Assembly (NCBI GenBank): GCA_963665575.2
Contig: CAXXDW010000006.1
Location: 836,444-860,443 of the forward strand
From: Gammaproteobacteria bacterium
GTDB taxonomy: Bacteria; Pseudomonadota; Gammaproteobacteria; Steroidobacterales; Rariloculaceae
Length of the DNA: 24,000 nt
Direction of reading: 5' to 3'
How positions within the stretch are numbered: position 1 is the stretch's first letter; each line of letters opens with the position of its first letter. Both the position numbers and the translations under genes were made by a program. Positions 1 through 6,905 of the stretch are shown piece by piece. Below the pieces are notes generated by a model that was not told the origin of the DNA, made no database searches, and saw only the letters and a program-made list of their open reading frames with translations.

Positions 1-1395
1 CCTGAAACGTCGCGCACGCGGAGGCTGTTCGCGCTCCTCGCCGAATCGCTCCGGGGCTCGAATCGCGATCTGACCTCCGGGCCGCTCGCCCCTGCGGTCT
101 TCGTGCTCGCGGTGCCGATGGCGCTCGAAATGGTGGGCGAGTCCGTTTTCGCGGTGGTGGACGCGCTGTTCATCGCTTGGCTGGGAGCGCCCGCCCTCGC
201 CTCCGCAGGGCTCACGGAGACTGCGCTCGGTCTCGTGTACGCGGTCGCCATCGGCTTCTCGTTCGCGGTCACCGCCGTCGTATCGCGCCGCTATGGCGAG
301 GGAGACCGGCGGGGCGCGGCCCGCGCCGGAGTGCAGTCCATCGGGCTTGGGCTCGCGGTCGCGCTTGCGCTCGCCGTTCCCGGTGTCGCGTTCGCACCGA
401 ACGTGCTCGTCCTGATGGGTGCCGACGCCGAGACCGTCGCCGTGGGAACGTTGCATGCCCGGATCATGTTCGGGGGCATGGCGACGATCATCCTGCTGTT
501 CCTGAACAATGCCATTCTGCGCGGCGTCGGAGATGCCCAGGCGGCCATGCGGGCGCTGTGGCTTTCGAACGGGATCAACATCGTGCTGGACCCTTGCCTG
601 ATTTTCGGGCTCGGGCCGTTCCCGGAACTCGGCCTTCCCGGAGCGGCGGTCGCCACAACCATCGGCCGGGGCACCGGCGTGCTCTACCAGTTCTGGGTGC
701 TCTCGCGCGGTTCCCGGCTCCGCCTCCGTCGTCAGGACATCCAGGTCCGGTGGAGGGTGCTGAAGAACCTCTGTCGCGTGTCGGTCGGCGGCATCGCACA
801 GATGCTTGCCGACATACTCCCCTGGATACTGCTCATCCGCATCATCGCCAGCTTCGGCACGGTCGCGGTCGCGGGCTGGGTGATCGCCATCCGGGTGGCG
901 CTCTTCGTGATCCTGCCCTGCTGGGGACTGTCGAACGCCGCCGCGACGCTCGTCGGTCAGAACCTCGGGGCCGGACAGCCCGGGCGCGCCGAACGCGCGG
1001 TCTGGATCACCGGCGCCTGGAACATGGCCTTCATGGCGGCGGTGACCGGGATCTTCGTGGCGTTCGCGCCGCAGATCGCCGCGCTCTTCACGAACGATCC
1101 CGAGATCCGCGCCATCGCCGCCACTGCGCTCAGGGTGGTCAGCTACGGCTATGTCTTCTACGCCCTGGGGATGGTCATCCGGCAGGCGTTCAACGGCGCG
1201 GGCGACACCCTTACTCCGACCTGGATCGACTTGCTCTGCTTCTGGCTGTTCGAGATCCCGCTCGCCTGGGCGCTGTCGCGCACCGGGCTCGGGGTCGAAG
1301 GGGTATTCTGGGCGGTGGCTCTCGCCTATTCGCTGTCCGCGCTGGTCAGCACCCTGATTTTCCGCCGTGGCGGCTGGAAGACGATGACCGTCTGA
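1..1395 (+). CDS. MATE-family efflux transporter; 5' end lies outside the window
   Basis: Frame 1 is open from base 1 with no start codon before GTG 103, and starting at 103 would truncate the first TM helix (PAVFVLAVPMALEMVGESVFAVVDALFIAWLG). The protein is polytopic and hydrophobic throughout, with the two-halves architecture of NorM/DinF-type MATE proteins (second-half loop GQNLGAGQPGRAE). Stop is TGA 1393-1395. Confidence 0.85.
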   Translation, partial: PETSRTRRLFALLAESLRGSNRDLTSGPLAPAVFVLAVPMALEMVGESVFAVVDALFIAWLGAPALASAGLTETALGLVYAVAIGFSFAVTAVVSRRYGEGDRRGAARAGVQSIGLGLAVALALAVPGVAFAPNVLVLMGADAETVAVGTLHARIMFGGMATIILLFLNNAILRGVGDAQAAMRALWLSNGINIVLDPCLIFGLGPFPELGLPGAAVATTIGRGTGVLYQFWVLSRGSRLRLRRQDIQVRWRVLKNLCRVSVGGIAQMLADILPWILLIRIIASFGTVAVAGWVIAIRVALFVILPCWGLSNAAATLVGQNLGAGQPGRAERAVWITGAWNMAFMAAVTGIFVAFAPQIAALFTNDPEIRAIAATALRVVSYGYVFYALGMVIRQAFNGAGDTLTPTWIDLLCFWLFEIPLAWALSRTGLGVEGVFWAVALAYSLSALVSTLIFRRGGWKTMTV

Positions 1396-1775
1396 GCGCG
1401 GGTCTCCGGATGGAGATCTCGCGGCAACGTTACCCGTACTTCTCGTCGCTGGCGCGGCGACAGGGCCCGCTTCGTCCGAATTCCAGGAGGCAGAACGATC
1501 CGTGAAGCGGCGCCGACCCCGCGGGGTCGACCGGGATCCGAACTTCGCATCGAGCCCGGGCCGCATCCCCACCGCCGCCCGCGTCTTGCTGGCCGGCGCG
1601 GTACTCGCCGAACTGGTCCCGGGTGCGGGCCATTGTCCGGTAACGGCACTCCGCCGGCGTCGGAGGCGATCCGCAGGCCGTCCAGGCGGTCCACCGCCTG
1701 ACGGCGTCCAGACGCGTGAAATTGAAGTTGTGCAGGTGTACACTGTGAGCCCATGGGGCCTCCGGGTCGGATCAA

Positions 1776-1896
1776 TGTAAGTGATTGATTTATATCACAT
1801 TATCCGACGAATCGAGGTCCCTTTTCAGTCATCGGCGAGATTTCCGGGCTAGCTGTGAACGCGATGCTGCTTGTGTGACGGGACGTTGGGGCGGCG
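1776..1896 (+). promoter_or_regulatory. AT-rich putative promoter/leader region upstream of trkA
   Basis: GC content drops sharply at gtgattgatttatatcacattatcc (1781-1805), immediately 5' of the trkA ATG at 1897. TA-rich hexamers (tatatc, cattat) could be -10 boxes, but there is no convincing -35. The call rests on position and composition only. Confidence 0.3.
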
Positions 1897-3273
1897 ATGA
1901 ACATACTGATCCTGGGTGCTGGGCAGGTGGGGGCTACGGCGGCCTACAGCCTGGCCCGCGAAGAAGCCAACGACGTCACGATCGTCGACCGCAATCCCGT
2001 CGTTCTGCGCGAGTTGCAGAATCGCCTCGACGTTCGCACGGTGGTCGGCAACGCGGCGTATCCGGAGGTCATCGAACGGGCCGGGGTCCGGGAATGCGAC
2101 ATGCTCATCGCGTTGATGGACAGCGACGAGACGAACATGATCGCCTGCCAGATCGCGCACACGCTGTTCGACGTCAAGACCAAGATCGCGCGTGTCCGTG
2201 CCCGCGAGTTTGCCAACCACGCGAAGCTCTTCGCGGACGACATGATTCCCGTCGACGTCATCATCAATCCCGAACAGCTCGTGACCGAGCACATGACGCA
2301 GCTCATCGAGGTCCCCGGCGCGCTGCAGGTGCTCGAATTCGCCGACGGCCGGGTGCGTCTGGTGGCTTCGCGCGCGGAGGATGGCGGGGCGTTGATCGGG
2401 CACCCGCTGTCGGAGCTCTCCCACCACATTCCCAACGTCGAGTGCCGGGTGGTCGCGATCTATCGCGAGGGGCGCGGGATTATCCCCGACGGCAGCACGG
2501 TCGTCAGGGAAGGAGACGAAGTGTTCTTCATCGCGGCGCGCAAGGACGTGCGCACGGTGTTGAGCGAGATGCGCAAACTCGACGATCCCGTGCGCTATGC
2601 CGTCATCGGGGGCGGCGGCAACATCGGTCTCAGGCTCGCGAGCGCCATCGAGAATTCCACGCACGTCAAGCTTATCGAGCGCAACCGGGCGCGCGCCGAA
2701 GAGGTCTCCAAGCGGCTCGACAGTGCGCTGGTCCTGCTCGGCGATGCAGCGGACGAGGAGCTGTTGCTCGAGGAGAACATCGACAGCGCCGACATTTTCG
2801 CTGCCGTCACCGACGCCGAGGAAGCGAACATCCTGTCCGGGATGCTGGCCAAGCGGCTGGGCGCTCACCGCGTCATGGCGCTGATCAACAAGCCCGCCTA
2901 TGCCGAGTTTGTCGAAGCCGGCATGATCGACATCACGATCTCGCCGCAGGAGATCACCCTGGGGACGCTCCTGGCTCACGTCCGGCGCGGCGATGTGGTC
3001 AAGGTCCATTCCCTGCGCCGCGGTGCCGCCGAAGCGATCGAGGCGGTGGCGCACGGCCACGCCCGCGAGTCGCGGGTCGTCGGACGTGCGGTCGAGGAGA
3101 TCCGGCTGCCGCGCGGCGCCGCAATCAATGCGGTCGTCCGCGGCGACGAGGTGCTGATGGCGCATCACGACACGGTCATCGAGGAGGACGATCACGTCAT
3201 ATTGTTCGTTGCGGACCGTCGCCAGATCGACGAGGTCGAGCGACTGTTCGAAGGCAGCGAGAACTCCGCCTAG
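1897..3273 (+). CDS. trkA: Trk potassium uptake system NAD-binding subunit TrkA
   Basis: 458 aa, the canonical TrkA length. It has two Rossmann glycine motifs (ILGAGQVG at the N-terminus, VIGGGGNIG near aa 228), giving the duplicated TrkA-N/TrkA-C (RCK) architecture. It lies directly upstream of trkH. Confidence 0.95.
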   Translation: MNILILGAGQVGATAAYSLAREEANDVTIVDRNPVVLRELQNRLDVRTVVGNAAYPEVIERAGVRECDMLIALMDSDETNMIACQIAHTLFDVKTKIARVRAREFANHAKLFADDMIPVDVIINPEQLVTEHMTQLIEVPGALQVLEFADGRVRLVASRAEDGGALIGHPLSELSHHIPNVECRVVAIYREGRGIIPDGSTVVREGDEVFFIAARKDVRTVLSEMRKLDDPVRYAVIGGGGNIGLRLASAIENSTHVKLIERNRARAEEVSKRLDSALVLLGDAADEELLLEENIDSADIFAAVTDAEEANILSGMLAKRLGAHRVMALINKPAYAEFVEAGMIDITISPQEITLGTLLAHVRRGDVVKVHSLRRGAAEAIEAVAHGHARESRVVGRAVEEIRLPRGAAINAVVRGDEVLMAHHDTVIEEDDHVILFVADRRQIDEVERLFEGSENSA

Positions 3274-3401
3274 TGTCCTGTCCGATTGATTCCATCGCTT
3301 TCTCCTTTTGCTCAGAGTTTAGGTAAGTTATTGAACAAGTGAGCTTTTCATTGCGACTGGACGCACGTAGATTGTTAAGGCCATTTGTCGGACAGGACAC
3401 T
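3272..3401. repeat. Perfect 14-bp inverted repeat enclosing a 102-nt AT-rich segment between trkA and trkH
   Basis: agtgtcctgtccga (3272-3285) is the exact reverse complement of tcggacaggacact (3388-3401). The enclosed 3286-3387 is conspicuously AT-rich for this window. The left arm overlaps the trkA stop TAG (3271-3273), and the right arm ends 27 nt before the trkH GTG. Confidence 0.75.
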
Positions 3402-3427
3402 GGCAGCCTGTTGCGGAAGGCGTCGCC

Positions 3428-4879
3428 GTGACTGCAGGTACCGTTCAACGTGTGCTGGGCCTGCTGATCGTGCTCTTCAGCATGACGATGCTGCCGCCGA
3501 TCGGCTGGGGGCTGTTCCACGGTGACGGCACATGGGGCGTTTTCGCCGCATCGTTCCTGATCGTCGCCGGCATCGGACTGCTGCTGTGGTGGCCGGTCCG
3601 CCGGGTCCGCCAGGAGCTGCGGCTTCGCGGCGGTTTCCTGGTCGTCGCGCTTGCATGGATCGTGCTCGGCACGCTCGGCGCGACGCCGCTGCTGCTCGCC
3701 GAGGCGCCGCAGATGAGCTTCACCGACGCGGTGTTCGAGGCGGTCTCGGGGCTAACGACCACCGGTGCGACCGTGCTCGTCGGGCTCGATGCCCTGCCGC
3801 CTGCCATTCTTTATTATCGGCAACAGCTTCAGTGGGTGGGCGGTCTCGGAATCATCGTCTTTGCCGTGGCCATCATGCCGCTGCTCGGCGTCGGCGGTAT
3901 GCAGCTCTACCGGGCCGAGACGCCCGGGCCGGTCCGCGAATCCAGGCTGACGCCGAGAATCACGCAGACTGCAAAGGCCCTGCTCAGCGTCTATGTAGGC
4001 ATTACCTTCGTCTGCGCTGCGGCCTACTGGCTCGCCGGCATGAGTTTCTTCGATGCCGTGTGCCACAGCTTCAGCACGGTGGCGATCGGCGGCTTCTCGA
4101 CGCACGATGCGAGCATCGCGTACTTCGAAAGCCCGCTGATCGAGATGATCGCGGTCGTTTTCATGTTCATCGCGGGCATCAACTTCGCCCTGCACTTCCT
4201 GGCGTGGCGCGACAAGCGCCTGACGAGCTATTTCAGCGATCCCGAGCTTCGATCGTACGTGTGGATTCTTGGAGCCCTGTCGACGTTCGTCCTCGTTTAC
4301 CTGTTGTGGCAACAGCAATATGAAAGCGTTGCTGAAACCATCACGAAGGGCCTCTTCCAGGCGGTGTCGATCGCGACGACGACCGGGTATACGACGGACG
4401 ATTTTGCCGCCTGGCCCGGCGCACTGCCCGTGTTGCTGCTCTTCGCGAGTTTCGTCGGCGGCTGTGTGGGATCCACGGCCGGCGGCATGAAGGTCATGCG
4501 CTGGTCACTGATCTACAAGCAGAGCGCGCGCGAGTTCCAGCGGCTCGTCCATCCGAGCGCAGAGATTCCCGTGAAACTCGGCACGCGGGCCGTGCATCCC
4601 CGGATCGTGGATTCGGTCTGGGGCTTTTTCGCCGCCTACATCATCGTGTTCATGGTGATCATGTTGGTGCTTCTGTCGACCGGCATGGATCAGAGTTCGG
4701 CGTTCGCTGCGGTGGCCGCGACAATCAACAATCTGGGTCCCGGACTCGGGGACGTCGCGTCGGGCTTCGGCGAGGTCAACGTCATCGCCAAGTGGTGCGG
4801 CGTTCTTGCGATGTTTCTTGGCCGCCTCGAGATCTTCACTCTGCTCGTGCTCATCACGCCAACGTTTTGGCGCGGGTGA
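3428..4879 (+). CDS. trkH: Trk potassium uptake system membrane subunit TrkH
   Basis: 483 aa with a GTG start and many hydrophobic segments. It carries the four pore-loop glycine motifs typical of TrkH/KtrB (GLTTTGAT, VAIGGFST, IATTTGYT, STAGGMKV). It follows trkA. Confidence 0.93.
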   Translation: MTAGTVQRVLGLLIVLFSMTMLPPIGWGLFHGDGTWGVFAASFLIVAGIGLLLWWPVRRVRQELRLRGGFLVVALAWIVLGTLGATPLLLAEAPQMSFTDAVFEAVSGLTTTGATVLVGLDALPPAILYYRQQLQWVGGLGIIVFAVAIMPLLGVGGMQLYRAETPGPVRESRLTPRITQTAKALLSVYVGITFVCAAAYWLAGMSFFDAVCHSFSTVAIGGFSTHDASIAYFESPLIEMIAVVFMFIAGINFALHFLAWRDKRLTSYFSDPELRSYVWILGALSTFVLVYLLWQQQYESVAETITKGLFQAVSIATTTGYTTDDFAAWPGALPVLLLFASFVGGCVGSTAGGMKVMRWSLIYKQSAREFQRLVHPSAEIPVKLGTRAVHPRIVDSVWGFFAAYIIVFMVIMLVLLSTGMDQSSAFAAVAATINNLGPGLGDVASGFGEVNVIAKWCGVLAMFLGRLEIFTLLVLITPTFWRG

Positions 4880-4964
4880 CGGGCATCGTTGAACAGGCGC
4901 GAGTGCGCCGGGCTTACCGTCGCGGGCGATGGAGCGCATTGCGACCAACGCAGGCCTTGCAGCT

Positions 4965-5462
4965 TCATGCGACCGGTCGGACCACCGACTCCCGGAGTCC
5001 ATCGAGCAAGCCCTCAAGCCGCGCCATCCGCTCGCGCATCTCCGCGAGCGCGCGCTCGATCGCGCCGAGCCGTTTGTCCACCGCGATGAAGCGTTTGTCC
5101 GTTTCCTGATCGAGTCCGATGAAGCGCTGGCCCATCTCATGCTTCAATTCGGCGAAGCGCTCGTCCTCCTTCCGGTGGGCCGCTTCGAAGCGATTGTCCG
5201 CTTTCCGGTCGGCCGCTTCGAAGCGCTCGTCCTCCTTCCGGTGGGCCGCTTCGAAGCGATTGTCCGCTTTCTGGTCGATTGCTTCGAAGCGATTGTCCGC
5301 TTTCCGGTCGACTGCTTCAAAGCGCTCGTCGCTACGCCGCTCATGGTCAGCAATGCGGTCTTCGAGTCGATCCATGCGTCGTTGCACGAACCGATACATC
5401 CGCAGGTGGAGGCCGGCGAGTGCCAAGCCGACCGCGACGATGGCCATGAATTCGGGAGTCAT
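4965..5462 (-). CDS. Membrane-anchored coiled-coil protein made of 11-residue repeats; function unknown
   Basis: 165 aa. The N-terminal hydrophobic helix (FMAIVAVGLALAGLHL) is followed by eight tandem 11-aa units (DERFEAVDRKA, DNRFEAIDQKA, DNRFEAAHRKE and so on) and a C-terminal RMARLEGLLDGLRES motif. GC3 is high on this strand. The opposite strand is also open (ORF 4929-5480) because each unit contains the palindrome CGCTTCGAAGCG, but that product looks less protein-like. Confidence 0.75.
   Translation of the reverse strand: MTPEFMAIVAVGLALAGLHLRMYRFVQRRMDRLEDRIADHERRSDERFEAVDRKADNRFEAIDQKADNRFEAAHRKEDERFEAADRKADNRFEAAHRKEDERFAELKHEMGQRFIGLDQETDKRFIAVDKRLGAIERALAEMRERMARLEGLLDGLRESVVRPVA
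5067..5330. repeat. Tandem 33-bp repeat array (8 units) inside the coiled-coil gene
   Basis: Units alternate gcgctcgtcctccttccggtgggccgcttcgaa and gcgattgtccgctttccggtcggccgcttcgaa. 5157-5189 is identical to 5223-5255. 5190-5222, 5256-5288 and 5289-5321 are near-identical to one another. Flanking units are progressively degenerate. Confidence 0.9.
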
Positions 5463-5596
5463 GAGTCCAGACTACCATAGCGTTCGCGGCGACAGCCACG
5501 CGCGATTTTCGGTGGAAATGGCTGGAAACTCGTCGGTTGTCCGTCGGCTGAGTCCATGGCTCTTCGAGGCGGAACACACTTTCAATCGGTAGCAGG

Positions 5597-5914
5597 ATGG
5601 ATCTGACAGAAAACCTCGAAGCGTTGTTGGCCGGCGGTACGGACAACGCAGCGTTGCGTGTCGCGCTCGCGACGCGCTACCTCGCGGCAGGCGAGGCGGA
5701 ACGCGCTGTCGAGCATGCGCGAGCCGCCGTCGATCGCGATGCCGACTATTCTGCGGCCTGGCGGGTGCTCGGCAAGGCGCTGAGCGCGGCGGACCGCGAT
5801 GACGAGGCCCGGCAAGCGTACGAGCAGGGCGTCAAGGTCGCCGAGCGGCGCGGCGACCAGCAGGCCGCGAAGGAAATGCGGGTGTTTCTCAAACGATTGG
5901 CGCGCCGCGGCTGA
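5597..5914 (+). CDS. Small tetratricopeptide-repeat (TPR) protein
   Basis: 105 aa and all-helical, with TPR-like A/Y/W spacing (ALATRYLAAGEAERAVEHARAAV, YSAAWRVLGKALSAADRDDEARQAYEQGV). ATG at 5597 is preceded by agcagga. Stop is TGA 5912-5914. Confidence 0.7.
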   Translation: MDLTENLEALLAGGTDNAALRVALATRYLAAGEAERAVEHARAAVDRDADYSAAWRVLGKALSAADRDDEARQAYEQGVKVAERRGDQQAAKEMRVFLKRLARRG

Positions 5915-5916
5915 CG

Positions 5917-6079
5917 CCTATATCCTGCGCACGCGGGGACAGGGAGTCAGTCCCGCCCAATCGGGACCAGGCGGGCACCCTATATTCTGCGCACGCGGGG
6001 ACAGGGATAGACGAAGCCGGAGCGGAGTGCGCGGCGATTGGCGTTGCGGGGCCTGGCCCGGATCACGCGGGGAGCTGAT
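5917..6079. CRISPR. CRISPR-like mini-array: two 29-nt repeats, a 33-nt spacer and one degenerate copy; no cas genes in the window
   Basis: cctatatcctgcgcacgcggggacaggga (5917-5945) and cctatattctgcgcacgcggggacaggga (5979-6007) match at 28/29 positions and are separated by a unique 33-nt spacer. A third copy at 6051-6079 keeps the core cacgcgggga (15/29). The reverse complement TCCCTGTCCCCGCGTGCGCAGGATATAGG resembles type I-E repeat layout, but the 3' half of the stem is mutated. A REP-type repeat remains a possible alternative. Confidence 0.35.
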
Positions 6080-6172
6080 GCGGCCACCAACGGACTGCGG
6101 ACGAAGTAAGTCAATCCACGAGCGGGACGCACGCGAAGCGGATCTGGCCGGGGGCAGCACGAAGCAGTAGCC

Positions 6173-6721
6173 ATGCATTCCGTCAGCGAAAACCTCAGAC
6201 GCTTCAGCGAACTCAGCGGCAGGCTCATCGCCTGGCTGACGCTGCCCATGGTCCTCGGCACCTTCGTGGTCGTCGTACTGCGCTACGTGTTCGACCTCGG
6301 CTGGATCTGGATGCAGGAGAGCGTCATCTGGATGCATGCGGCGGTGTTCATGCTCGCCGCCGCCCATACGCTGAACCGCGACGAGCACGTCCGTGTCGAC
6401 GTTCTTTACCGGGGCATGCGGCCGGAACGCAAGGCGCTCGTCAACCTGGCCGGCACCGTGCTGTTTCTGCTGCCGATGGCCGTCTTTCTCGTGGTGACCA
6501 GTTTCGACTATGTCGTGGTGTCCTGGCAGATCGGGGAATCGTCCCGCGAGGCCGGCGGCCTGCCGTATCCCTTCGTGCCGCTGCTCAAGTCCGTGATCCC
6601 GGCGACGGCGATCATGCTGATCGCACAGGGCATGGCCAGCGCCATAGATGACGCGCTCGTGCTTGCAGGGAAAGCGCCGTCGCGAACGCCTGCCGAGGCT
6701 CCGGCCGGGGAAGGTCCATAG
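6173..6721 (+). CDS. TRAP transporter small permease subunit (DctQ-type)
   Basis: 182 aa with four hydrophobic helices. It has a typical TRAP small-subunit N-terminus (LIAWLTLPMVLGTFVVVVLRYVF) and the HVRVDVLY motif. It lies upstream of the TRAP large permease. Confidence 0.9.
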   Translation: MHSVSENLRRFSELSGRLIAWLTLPMVLGTFVVVVLRYVFDLGWIWMQESVIWMHAAVFMLAAAHTLNRDEHVRVDVLYRGMRPERKALVNLAGTVLFLLPMAVFLVVTSFDYVVVSWQIGESSREAGGLPYPFVPLLKSVIPATAIMLIAQGMASAIDDALVLAGKAPSRTPAEAPAGEGP

Positions 6722-6828
6722 CCGTGCCATGGATCGCCGCATTGTTGCCGGTTTTGCGGGGCGTCACCGGCAGCATCAACGATGGGCTTGTGCTCGCCTG
6801 CCGAGGCTCCGGCCGGCGAAGGTCCTTA
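6687..6828 (+). repeat. 34-bp direct repeat pair marking a relic duplicate of the TRAP small-subunit 3' end
   Basis: cgcctgccgaggctccggccggGgaaggtccAta (6687-6720) and cgcctgccgaggctccggccggCgaaggtccTta (6795-6828) match at 32/34. Translation of 6724-6798 (VPWIAALLPVLRGVTGSINDGLVLA) parallels the true C-terminus IPATAIMLIAQGMASAIDDALVLA. Confidence 0.8.
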
Positions 6829-6905
6829 AGCATGGAGTCGACCCGGCTGTCATCCCGGATTTGCTGCACGTGGTCGTGGCTAGCGAACGGCGAGGGCCGG
6901 TAGCG

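Noticed and set aside
177-1505. 442-aa plus-strand ORF overlapping the MATE gene in another frame.
   Set aside because: It is an extremely arginine-rich off-frame shadow. The MATE frame is hydrophobic and has family motifs.
1785-3326. 513-aa plus-strand ORF, and the 448-aa minus-strand ORF 1849-3195, both overlapping trkA.
   Set aside because: Their arginine/glycine/proline-rich, low-complexity translations are typical of off-frame and antisense shadows in high-GC DNA. The trkA frame has clear homology and motifs.
4929-5480. 183-aa plus-strand ORF containing GRFEA repeats, mirroring the repeat protein.
   Set aside because: It stays open only because each 33-bp unit holds the palindrome CGCTTCGAAGCG. 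The product (PVGRFEALVLLPVGRFEAIVRF...) lacks the TM-plus-coiled-coil logic of the minus-strand protein. The plus strand is not fully excluded; see the finding on this gene.
5918-6742. 274-aa minus-strand ORF covering the CRISPR-like repeats and the TRAP small permease.
   Set aside because: It is antisense to a well-supported gene and runs through non-coding repeats, with a shadow-frame composition.
6648-6905. N-terminal extension of the TRAP large permease (track start 6648, or ATG 6729).
   Set aside because: The extension overlaps the Q gene or the relic spacer, has only about 65% GC3, and is basic and non-hydrophobic. MEWIAVVMF at 6906 is the conserved family N-terminus.
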